The position numbers and the translations under genes were made by a program. From the NCBI GenBank assembly GCA_903831745.1, contig CAIKYX010000260.1, positions 16,433 through 80,432 of the forward strand: a DNA stretch of 64,000 nt, read 5' to 3'. This document shows positions 9,270 through 17,945 of the stretch, piece by piece. The first letter of the stretch is position 1, and each line of letters opens with the position of its first letter. A model generated the notes under the pieces. The model saw only the letters and a program-made list of their open reading frames with translations. It searched no databases and was not told the DNA's origin. Source of the DNA: Oligoflexia bacterium (GTDB lineage: Bacteria > Bdellovibrionota > UBA1018 > CAIMNF01).

Positions 9270-9854
9270 TCAGTAGCAGGGAGTTACACCCCAACCTGTC
9301 GAGAAAAGGCCGATTTTAGCGCGAAAAGCGTCGCTGAGGTAAGAAAGCGGGCAAACCGGCGTTCCATCGAGCAACACCTGAAAAATGACGTTTCCGCTTC
9401 CAAAAAAAGCTCCGATGACTTGTTGATCGAGCACCGCAGCTCCGGGCTGCACGCTGACGTACTGAAGTCCGTAAAGCACTGTCGCGATTCGGCCCGAATG
9501 CAGAATACGCACCCAGCTAGTTACGCCGAACTGACTAGAGGTTCCGACTTCAGCCACCACACCGGCCTGCGGTGAATAATAATTTCCGCCAAAGACACCT
9601 CCACTCGAAAATGTCCAATAAGGCGTATTTGAATTAAAGCCACCCAATAGATTCGCGCCGAGACCACTTGGGCTTGCGACAATCTGATCAAGCTTGGGGG
9701 TAGGATTACTGAAAAGAGAAAGCGGGTCAGCACCGTTACCGCAACCCGAGAGTGAAACCGTTGTGATTAATGCAGTCGTGAGCAAAGCAATGAACCCCAT
9801 CAAATACTTCAACATGATTTGATTCTCCATTTTCTTCTTGGTCTGATTCATCAT
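9270..9854 (-). CDS. Lipoprotein with degenerate M23/LytM-like domain
   Basis: Lipobox LSGC; SPQAGVV...VRILHSG...VSVQPG..V...QVIG...FQVLLDGTPVCPLSYL follows the LytM pattern, but the Zn-binding His/Asp residues are absent. Confidence 0.55.
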   Translation of the reverse strand: MMNQTKKKMENQIMLKYLMGFIALLTTALITTVSLSGCGNGADPLSLFSNPTPKLDQIVASPSGLGANLLGGFNSNTPYWTFSSGGVFGGNYYSPQAGVVAEVGTSSQFGVTSWVRILHSGRIATVLYGLQYVSVQPGAAVLDQQVIGAFFGSGNVIFQVLLDGTPVCPLSYLSDAFRAKIGLFSTGWGVTPCY

Positions 9855-9867
9855 AAACGTCCCTCTT

Positions 9868-10479
9868 CTATAACTTGAATTTCAATCCGGCTTCAAAAAT
9901 TCCATAAGTCAGCTCCGACTTACCAATCATAAAATTGACCGGCACTCGTCCGACCAGTGAAAATCCGCCCCCCAGATCCCATTGAAAACCGGGCCTGAGT
10001 TGCGCCATGAAATATTCATTGTACGAATAGGTAGAGGTATTGGTTCCACTGATGAAGGTCACCGCCATCCCGGCAGCAATACCGAAGGTAGTATAAAAAT
10101 TCTCCCAGACCTTGCCGGGCAATTCGATTCCTGCCATCACCGGAAGGATTCGAAAGCTTGATTTTCCATCTGCGTTCAGAGTGAAGGATTCGTAGCCTAT
10201 GCTGATGAAATTTGCGACCGCCGGATCAAGAAAACGATCAAAATACAAATCAGCGGTCAGTCCCAGGTTCGAGGTAAAGTTTTGACCAGCTTGTCCCATG
10301 GCCAAAGGCCACTGAAGGTTTCCGCCCACCGATTCAAATGCCCGAGCAGTATTCGGAGAAACTACTCCGGAAGCAGCCAGGAGAGTAAGTAACACAAGCC
10401 AACGATGCATTTTCTGAAATCGCTTCATATGATTAAAGCGTAACGCAATGTTGCTGATATTCAACCCCAATCGAGTCAT
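9868..10479 (-). CDS. Putative small outer-membrane beta-barrel protein
   Basis: Signal peptide (..TARA), alternating amphipathic strands, C-terminal EAGLKFKL; true start probably further downstream. Confidence 0.55.
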   Translation of the reverse strand: MTRLGLNISNIALRFNHMKRFQKMHRWLVLLTLLAASGVVSPNTARAFESVGGNLQWPLAMGQAGQNFTSNLGLTADLYFDRFLDPAVANFISIGYESFTLNADGKSSFRILPVMAGIELPGKVWENFYTTFGIAAGMAVTFISGTNTSTYSYNEYFMAQLRPGFQWDLGGGFSLVGRVPVNFMIGKSELTYGIFEAGLKFKL

Positions 10480-10493
10480 GGTAGAATGATTCT

Positions 10494-11207
10494 GTGAAAA
10501 TTATTTTCGAGGACCCTTGGATTATTGCGGTCGAAAAGCCATCAGGGCTTCCATCTCATTCCCTGAAAACCTCTGATACCAGCGCAGAATCTCTTCTGAA
10601 TGAGAGTCTTGCTCCCCATACCGCACTTCTGCTTCATCGCCTCGACACAGGCACCAGTGGAGTACTTCTCTTTGCCAAAGATAAAAACACTTACGAAAAA
10701 ATGCGCGAGAAATTCAAATTACGTGAAATTCACAAAGAATACCTCGCTTGGACCGAGAGCACTCCTGATCGACTGATGCGTGCAAAAGAGCTTCATTTTC
10801 CGCAAAAAATCGAGCTCCCCCTCGCCCATCATCCGAAAAGCGCAAAACGGATGATTCCGCTCGCCCCCGAAAAAAATGCTGAAAAAAAGCTCTCTTATCG
10901 CGGCAAACCCTTGCCCGCCCTGACTTGGATCGATGGCTTTCGAGAAACTTCCTGGCAAGGCATCGCCTCACTCGAATTCAAAATCAGAATTCCAACCGGG
11001 GTCATGCATCAAATTCGAGTTCACCTCAAATGGCTCGGGTTTCCGCTCATTGGCGACCCAATCTATGGCGATGAATCTTCGAAGTCACTTGCGGCGAGTC
11101 AAAGAATTGACTTAGGACTTCAGGCAAAACGGGTTGAATTCAAATTAAATAAAACTGCGTACGACATCACCTCACATGTTGACGCATCGCACAAGCAAGC
11201 CAAGTAA
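10494..11207 (+). CDS. RluA-family pseudouridine synthase
   Basis: IIFEDPWIIAVEKPSGLPSH, HRLDTGTSGVLLFAK, TGVMHQIRVHL, PLIGDPIYG. Confidence 0.92.
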   Translation: MKIIFEDPWIIAVEKPSGLPSHSLKTSDTSAESLLNESLAPHTALLLHRLDTGTSGVLLFAKDKNTYEKMREKFKLREIHKEYLAWTESTPDRLMRAKELHFPQKIELPLAHHPKSAKRMIPLAPEKNAEKKLSYRGKPLPALTWIDGFRETSWQGIASLEFKIRIPTGVMHQIRVHLKWLGFPLIGDPIYGDESSKSLAASQRIDLGLQAKRVEFKLNKTAYDITSHVDASHKQAK

Positions 11208-11211
11208 AAGG

Positions 11212-12363
11212 CTAGAACTGAAGCCCCATTGCTGACTTCATGAAACCCTCTGGATTTCGTGAAAACCTACGCGAGAAATCAGTATAACTGAGCGCGCCCT
11301 TTTCTAGCCCCAATCCGTAGAGTGCACCAACGTAGGCAGTGTAGATCTTACGTACATTCATCTCTACCTTCTGATAACGCTCACCCTGATCGAACGCCTT
11401 CGGATAACGATAAGGCCAGCGACCATCACCCAACTTCTCGTCCATCTTTTTGAATTCGTAGACGGTGTTAAATAGAAACGGCAGGAAAAAAGCCATGGTA
11501 CGGTTCTTCTGAACCTGAGCGAGCCTCAGTGAAAGGTATGCAGGCACATAGAAATGATGAATCATCGGGCTCAGGTCATCGCGATTCAGAATATTCGGAT
11601 AAAACTGATACGCATCATTTTTCTTCTCGCGCACTTTCAGTCGCGTCCACTCACCCACGAGATTCACATAAGCCTCGATCGTCTGTCCTAGATGCTCTTT
11701 GCGTGAGCCCTCGAGCCAGAGATCCTTGATCTTGGTCATACGATAAATCGGAAAAAAAAGTGTGGGCGAACCATCGACATTTCCTTTGGCCGCGATATCC
11801 TGAAAAATCACCGCCATGAATTGAAGGGTCTTCGCCCAATCATGATCGTTTCTTTCGAAGACCACATCCCAAAGCGAATGCGATTTTTGAAATCGATAGC
11901 TTTCTGAAAATTCGGTGTCGAGAGATTTAAAAAAATCTGAAAGAGAAGGTTGCACAGAACCTTCGATGGGTTTTAGATTTCGAGCGACTCGTTCGAAAGA
12001 CCCCATATCACTCATAAAAAGTCGAGGAGTCAGGCTCGAAAACGCGAGTTCATGAAGAGCAAAGCCCTTCTCGTCTTCTACCCAATCAATTTTAAGCTGT
12101 TCCGGATCGAGTTCCTTAAGAAAGGGTTTAATCGTATCGGTACAAGCCTTAAGGCGATCAGTATTCGTGTCAAACCAATCCAAAGAAAGCCCCACGCACT
12201 GATAAGCCAGGTAATCAGCGAGGCAACCCCTGATATGTTCTTTGCCGGGCTTTCCGCATTGCATAAGCGAATCGTAAATTCCGGCCTGAGAACTTAAACT
12301 GCAAAAAACCCCCGCTACCCCAATCAGGGTAGCGAGGGAATTAAAGTTAAAACCAGACTTCAC
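11212..12363 (-). CDS. Secreted hypothetical protein
   Basis: 383-aa ORF with signal peptide (..SSQA); abuts the upstream gene's stop codon. Confidence 0.7.
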   Translation of the reverse strand: MKSGFNFNSLATLIGVAGVFCSLSSQAGIYDSLMQCGKPGKEHIRGCLADYLAYQCVGLSLDWFDTNTDRLKACTDTIKPFLKELDPEQLKIDWVEDEKGFALHELAFSSLTPRLFMSDMGSFERVARNLKPIEGSVQPSLSDFFKSLDTEFSESYRFQKSHSLWDVVFERNDHDWAKTLQFMAVIFQDIAAKGNVDGSPTLFFPIYRMTKIKDLWLEGSRKEHLGQTIEAYVNLVGEWTRLKVREKKNDAYQFYPNILNRDDLSPMIHHFYVPAYLSLRLAQVQKNRTMAFFLPFLFNTVYEFKKMDEKLGDGRWPYRYPKAFDQGERYQKVEMNVRKIYTAYVGALYGLGLEKGALSYTDFSRRFSRNPEGFMKSAMGLQF

Positions 12364-13554
12364 TTAAAACTCGTTTGAGTTAAAGAAAGGACAGTTTGCA
12401 TCGAACGAGAGGTGTGATTGAAGAACCGCGCTCTCTTTGTCTGCCAAAGTCCAAGGTGTTGGAAAAGACACTGCTTGACCGTTTTGAGTGATCTTCACAG
12501 TGGTTTGTCCCAGCGTGCGAGTTTCATCGCCTTTACAAGTTCCTTTAGATTTAGAGCCAATTACAGTGAAGGTACCGTTGATTGAACAACTATTTGCGAA
12601 GGTAGTGTTAGCCAGGTACTGAAGTACTTCGCCACTGAAGCTCACTACTGCAGTTTGTCCTGACAAGTTTGCACCGGCAAAACGGCCTGCGCCTACTTTT
12701 TTACGTCCAGCACCTGCGTAACTTACGTTAGCGTTGTAGATGCCGCGTCCGACTGACTGAATTTGCTTGCCGCCGTTTACAGTGTTATAAGTAGCATCAG
12801 CAGTTAAACCGATGTCTGCATTAGCACCGTTAAAAGTGAATCCGATTTTTTCGCACTCACCTGGAAGCAGAGCAAGTCCGCTGGCGCTGATATTATACAC
12901 TAAAGTTTTAGCATTCATCGGAAGATCGGCTGTTCCAGAAACCGTTTCTGTGACCTGGCGTGGAGTAATAATAGTACTTTCAGCATACCCAAGGTTAATG
13001 CGATTGCGTTTACCATTTTCTCCGTTCAGGATATTTGGAACCCATGAATTTGCTTTGATACATCCTGCGTGGGCAGCACCGGTGCACGACTCTTGCTCGA
13101 GCGCGCTTGCCGCGGCATGAATACGGTTAGAAAATTCATTCCAGGTGCGTGGTTTTTTAACACCCTGGCCATAAAAGTGCGGGTAAACCACTGGGGCGAG
13201 TGAGTTCAAGCCCACGATTGCTTGTGCCAGAATTTTTGTACGCTGAGTTGCAGTAGCTCTAGAATCATAGAACTCATCCCAAAGTGGAGATGCACCCGTG
13301 CCTTCTACTGTATCTTGATCATAGACGGTTCTGGTTACTTGACGTGACCAATGAAGAGTCGCGGTAGACACAACTTCACCGCTTGCATTGGCAGAAACTC
13401 CACCCGGCTGATTGGTATTTTGTGCATTACCGCATACGGTAATGGTTTTTGATGGTTGGCTATATTCGATAGTTTGAGAGTCTTGCGCATTGGCTGCACC
13501 GCAAACTAAAAATGATACGAACACGAAAGATGTAAAACGATTCTGAACACTCAT
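12364..13554 (-). CDS. Secreted beta-rich hypothetical protein
   Basis: AGGAGG RBS, signal peptide (..ANA-QD), several Cys. Confidence 0.75.
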   Translation of the reverse strand: MSVQNRFTSFVFVSFLVCGAANAQDSQTIEYSQPSKTITVCGNAQNTNQPGGVSANASGEVVSTATLHWSRQVTRTVYDQDTVEGTGASPLWDEFYDSRATATQRTKILAQAIVGLNSLAPVVYPHFYGQGVKKPRTWNEFSNRIHAAASALEQESCTGAAHAGCIKANSWVPNILNGENGKRNRINLGYAESTIITPRQVTETVSGTADLPMNAKTLVYNISASGLALLPGECEKIGFTFNGANADIGLTADATYNTVNGGKQIQSVGRGIYNANVSYAGAGRKKVGAGRFAGANLSGQTAVVSFSGEVLQYLANTTFANSCSINGTFTVIGSKSKGTCKGDETRTLGQTTVKITQNGQAVSFPTPWTLADKESAVLQSHLSFDANCPFFNSNEF

Positions 13555-13920
13555 GAAACCTCCTTGAGTAATTTTTCGAGACGAACGAGTTATACAATGA
13601 TTGTGTATTTATGCAATTCGAAATCGCGTCAGTTTTTCACACCCGGTACGAATCAATATCTTTCGTAAAAACCCCACTTCTACCGCGATAATTGCGGAAA
13701 AATACGCTTTCAGTAGTGAGCATTTTTTCGATGCATTCAAATAAAACAAATGAGCGACAAACACCTGCATTTGATGGAAGAAAAACCGAGCGTTCACTCG
13801 CCGATCAAAAATCGAGCGGAATCCTTTAAGAAATCCCGAGTCGATAAAAAGTGTTTATTAAAAGCGGTTCCGTCCGGGATGGAGGTTGAATCGTTGAATT
13901 CTTGAGTAAAATCAAACGAT

Positions 13921-14094
13921 CCCTTCACTGCAAATATTTCTTAATTCATTCAGAACTTCCTGTCGCTTTTTTACTATTTACCCGCGTCCGCATCCTACTC
14001 TTCCGGCTTTCGCCATCCTGGCTCGCCGGAGCGGGCAAATAGCAAAAAAGCGACAGGCCGCTCTCCATGCTAAAGAGATATTTGGCGTGCAGGG
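13921..14094 (-). other. Long imperfect inverted repeat (structured RNA or MITE/REP-like element)
   Basis: 27-bp inner stem 13959-13985/14031-14057 whose two mismatches become G-U pairs on the minus strand; outer imperfect stem 13921-13942/14073-14094. Confidence 0.55.
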
Positions 14095-14124
14095 TTCATT
14101 AGAAGTAAGGCGTTGGGAGATGAC

Positions 14125-14156
14125 AAAAGGGCAGGATGGAAATTCCACCCTGCCCT
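14125..14156 (-). terminator. Rho-independent terminator downstream of nrdJ
   Basis: Minus strand AGGGCAGGGTGGA-ATT-TCCATCCTGCCCT followed by TTTG. Confidence 0.7.
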
Positions 14157-14217
14157 ATCATTTCTATAGAAAAATCATTTCAGCGATTCCGACAAAGTCA
14201 TCGGAAAAAAGACCAGC

Positions 14218-17200
14218 TTAGCTGCAACCCATACTGTTGCCGCAATTGAGGCATCGATAACACGCACCATTTCGAACAGTGGTATGACCGCAAGAGTCGC
14301 ACGGAGGCGCATCGCCCATCATTTCAGCGAGCTGCCCATTGACTGGATCTGCTGCTCCGCCTTTTTCTGCGAATGGCATCGCCAATTGATAATCCATTCC
14401 TGGAAGTGGCGACCCACTTTTGATCGCATCTGCAGGTGACTTTGGATAAACCGTTTGCGAAGCGCCCTTTTCGACAGTCAAATCGACCGGTGGTTTGACT
14501 TGCAAGAAGTCGGTACGGCCGAGGTATTCCATGCCGAGAACGCGGAAGATATAATCGACAATCGAAGTCGCCATTTTGACATTCGGATGACCAGTGACGG
14601 GTCCGCTTGGCTCGAAGCGAGTGAAAGTAAATTTATCGACGAATTCCTTCATCGGTACTCCGTATTGGAGTCCGAGTGACACCGCAATCGCGAAGCAGTT
14701 CATCATTGAACGATAAGCAGCTCCTTCTTTATGCATGTCGATGAAGACTTCGCCCATGGTTCCGTCTTCGTACTCACCGGTACGAATGTAAACCTTGTGC
14801 CCCGCTACAGCCGCTTCGATCGTCAGACCTTTGCGTTTTGCAGGCAAACGTCTACGAACTGGCGCGAAAGTCATCTGCGCGACAGCGTTATTTACTGCAG
14901 CATTTGCTACGGCGGTTACAGCAGGTGTGGTTGCGGCAACAGTCGGAGTCGCTGTAGTGGTTTCGGCTTTATCTTCTTTCTTATCTGACTTGGTAGAAAG
15001 CGGTTGAGAGAGCTTACAGCCATCGCGATAAAGTGCTACGGCTTTAAGGCCCAACTTCCAACCTTCCATGTGAATTTCTTCGATCTCTTCGACAGTCGTT
15101 TCATTCGGAAGATTGACCGTTTTCGAAATCGCACCCGACAAGAATGGTTGAGTTGCACCCATCATGCGCACGTGGCCCATTGGCGCGATGAATCGCTGAC
15201 CTTTGGATCCGCATTTATTTGCGCAATCAAATACCGGCAAATGCTCGGCTTTGATGTGAGGCGCGCCTTCGACCGTCATCGTTCCGCAAATTTTCTCGTT
15301 TGCAGCTTCGATTTGGGCATAAGTCAGACCTGCATGAATCAGGTAGTTGAAAGTTGGCTTCTCGTATTCGCTTGCAGGAATTCCCAAACGCTTGAGAAGG
15401 TCTTCGCCAAGTGCGAAACGATTGAATGCACTGCTGATTTCGAAAGTTCCCGGAAGGGTCTTCTCGAGTTTTGCAATGTCAGCATCGTTGAAACCTTTTG
15501 ATTTCAAGAAAGCTTCATTCAAGTAAGGAACATCAGAGTTGAATTCCATCGTTCCGAGAACGTAGGTGATGATGTCTTTGATTTGAGTTTCATTGTATCC
15601 AAGGTTTCTGAGTGCACCCTGAACCGATTGATTGACGATCTTGAAATAACCGCCACCTGCAAGTTTCTTGAACTTGACGAGCGCGAAATCCGGCTCGATA
15701 CCGGTTGTATCACAATCCATGAGCAAACCAATGGTTCCGGTCGGAGCAAGAACAGTGACCTGTGCATTGCGATAACCGTGCTTTTCGCCCAGAGTGACCG
15801 CGCGATCCCACGACTCTTTTGCGGCTTTGGTGAACGAAAGCGGAGCTTTTGTTGCATCAATCTTATAAGCCGCTTCTTTATGCTTTCTCATGACCTTGAG
15901 CATTGGCTCGCGGTTTTTTGCATATCCAGGAAAAGCGCCGATTTTTGATGCTTCTTCTGCACTGACTGCATAAGCCTCGCCGCACATGATCGCCGTCAAG
16001 CTTGCTGCCCAAGCACGGCCTTCTTCTGAATCATAGGGAATACCTTTGAGCATCAGGAGGGTTCCAAGATTGGCATATCCCAAGCCCAGTGGACGATAAT
16101 CGTGTGAATTCTGAGCAATGGTTTTTGTAGGATAGCTCGAGAGGTCTACAAGGATTTCTTGCGCCACGATGAAAACACGGCACGCATGACGATACGCTTC
16201 GATATCGAAAGTACCATCTTCTTTGAGGAACTTAACCAGGTTCATCGAAGAAAGGTTACAAGCGGTATCGTCGAGGAACATGTACTCAGAACAAGGATTA
16301 GAGGCATTAATCTTGTCGGTATTCGCGCAAGTATGCCACTCGTTGATCGTCGTATCATATTGAAGTCCTGGATCTGCGCATGACCAAGAAGCCTGGGCAA
16401 TTTGCTTCCAAAGATCGCGGGCTTTGTAAGTTTGCACGACTTCGCCCGAAGTGCGGGCAATCGTGTTCCACTCTTTGTCTTCGAGCACTGCTTTCATGAA
16501 ATCGTCGGTAATACGGAGTGAATTATTAGAATTCTGACCTGCAACGGTCTTATAGGCTTCACCGTTGAAATCAGAACTATAGCCTGCAGAAATCAGGGCA
16601 GCTACTTTGCGCTCCTCTTTCATCTTCCAATTAATGAAATCTTCGATTTCCGGGTGATCCATATCGAGACAAACCATTTTCGCCGCACGACGAGTGGTTC
16701 CGCCTGATTTAGTAGCACCTGCGCCACGATCGAGCACTTCGAGGAAGCTCATCAAGCCTGATGAATAACCGCCTCCTGAAAGTTTTTCCTGGCGACCACG
16801 GATTTTAGAAAAGTTGGTACCGGTGCCTGATCCGTATTTGAACAAACGCGCTTCGTTCTTGATCAAATCGAAAATTGACATCAGATCATCGTCTACGGCT
16901 TGAATGAAGCAAGCAGAACACTGCGGGCGCTCGTAAGCGTTATTGGTTTCTTTAGTATGGTTGGCAATTGGATCGAATGCGTAATTTCCGCCTGAACCTT
17001 CGATTCCGTACTCAGCCCAAAGGCCGAGATTGAACCAAACCGGTGAGTTGAATGCGCCCATTTGCTTAACGAGCATGTAAGAAAGCTCAGCTTCGAAAGT
17101 TTCGGCATCAGAGTGATTGAAGTAACCCCATTTTTCGCCGGCGGTACGAAGTGTATGAGCCAAACGTTTTACGACTTGGCGCACTGAAGTTTCGTGACCC

Positions 17201-17592
17201 GTAACAGGTACTCCCGCCTTGCGGAAATACTTAGAAACCAAAATATCGATCGCAAGCTGAGTCCAATCAGCTGGAACTTCTACGTCCTTCATCTCGAACA
17301 CGGTCTTGCCATCCGTGTCCTTGATTTTCGATTGAGACTTCATGTACTGAATGCCATCGAGAGGATTAACGCCCGGTTTTGTAAAGCGGCGCGGCATTGG
17401 AATTGAATTTTGCTTAACGTCTCGCCCCATCTGCTCAGTGTTCAGAGTCTTGGTTTGACTCTTAGCGGTATTTTTATCCCCATTACTTTTCATTTCATTT
17501 TTTTGCACTGCAGCTTTGGTTTTCATTCCGAGCGTTTCTTTTTCCATATTTTTGACGTCCATTTCCCTTTTCCGAATCAATGTTGTTTTCAC
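14218..17592 (-). CDS. nrdJ: Class II (B12-dependent) ribonucleotide reductase with TSCPD domain and C-terminal Zn ribbon
   Basis: FNSPVWFN, PQCSACFI, KSGGTTRRAAKM, NPCSEY, APTGTI, SGAISKTVN, C-terminal CDSC..CYRCLNCG; start could be ATG 17562. Confidence 0.95.
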   Translation of the reverse strand: MKTTLIRKREMDVKNMEKETLGMKTKAAVQKNEMKSNGDKNTAKSQTKTLNTEQMGRDVKQNSIPMPRRFTKPGVNPLDGIQYMKSQSKIKDTDGKTVFEMKDVEVPADWTQLAIDILVSKYFRKAGVPVTGHETSVRQVVKRLAHTLRTAGEKWGYFNHSDAETFEAELSYMLVKQMGAFNSPVWFNLGLWAEYGIEGSGGNYAFDPIANHTKETNNAYERPQCSACFIQAVDDDLMSIFDLIKNEARLFKYGSGTGTNFSKIRGRQEKLSGGGYSSGLMSFLEVLDRGAGATKSGGTTRRAAKMVCLDMDHPEIEDFINWKMKEERKVAALISAGYSSDFNGEAYKTVAGQNSNNSLRITDDFMKAVLEDKEWNTIARTSGEVVQTYKARDLWKQIAQASWSCADPGLQYDTTINEWHTCANTDKINASNPCSEYMFLDDTACNLSSMNLVKFLKEDGTFDIEAYRHACRVFIVAQEILVDLSSYPTKTIAQNSHDYRPLGLGYANLGTLLMLKGIPYDSEEGRAWAASLTAIMCGEAYAVSAEEASKIGAFPGYAKNREPMLKVMRKHKEAAYKIDATKAPLSFTKAAKESWDRAVTLGEKHGYRNAQVTVLAPTGTIGLLMDCDTTGIEPDFALVKFKKLAGGGYFKIVNQSVQGALRNLGYNETQIKDIITYVLGTMEFNSDVPYLNEAFLKSKGFNDADIAKLEKTLPGTFEISSAFNRFALGEDLLKRLGIPASEYEKPTFNYLIHAGLTYAQIEAANEKICGTMTVEGAPHIKAEHLPVFDCANKCGSKGQRFIAPMGHVRMMGATQPFLSGAISKTVNLPNETTVEEIEEIHMEGWKLGLKAVALYRDGCKLSQPLSTKSDKKEDKAETTTATPTVAATTPAVTAVANAAVNNAVAQMTFAPVRRRLPAKRKGLTIEAAVAGHKVYIRTGEYEDGTMGEVFIDMHKEGAAYRSMMNCFAIAVSLGLQYGVPMKEFVDKFTFTRFEPSGPVTGHPNVKMATSIVDYIFRVLGMEYLGRTDFLQVKPPVDLTVEKGASQTVYPKSPADAIKSGSPLPGMDYQLAMPFAEKGGAADPVNGQLAEMMGDAPPCDSCGHTTVRNGACYRCLNCGNSMGCS

Positions 17593-17712
17593 GTTGTTGT
17601 TGTTGCTTAATTCCCTCTTTGGATCACTTTCCTAGCGAACTTCAGAGGCCAATCCCTTGTACTTCTTCCTGATGGTTTAAGGATCACCAGATAGGACCTT
17701 TTTGTAAAGACA

Positions 17713-17758
17713 CCACTACAGATTGTGGTGCCTGACACTATCATACCACATATTGTTG
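17713..17758. promoter_or_regulatory. Tandem NrdR boxes upstream of nrdJ
   Basis: CCACTACAGATTGTGG (17713-17728) and ATACCACATATTGTTG (17743-17758) fit the acaCwAtATaTwGtgt consensus; 30-bp offset, about three helical turns. Confidence 0.7.
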
Positions 17759-17945
17759 TATTTTTGCCACCGCGTTAGGTCCTCTTAGACATTAAGGTTT
17801 TTGTTTTTATGCCCTGTGACGGATGTTTTTTTGACGAGTTTGACATTGCGCGTTAAACTCATTTTCCTACGGTTTCCGTTTCAGGTCTTTTGAAGGTTTA
17901 GCCGAAAAGATTGAAGCAAGCAATAATGAAATTTTAGGTCAAAAA

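Noticed and set aside
14218..17945. Intein in NrdJ or cobalamin riboswitch upstream
   Set aside because: No C...HN/LAGLIDADG signatures, and the length is explained by insert, linker and TSCPD domains; no B12-box recognised, NrdR boxes seen instead
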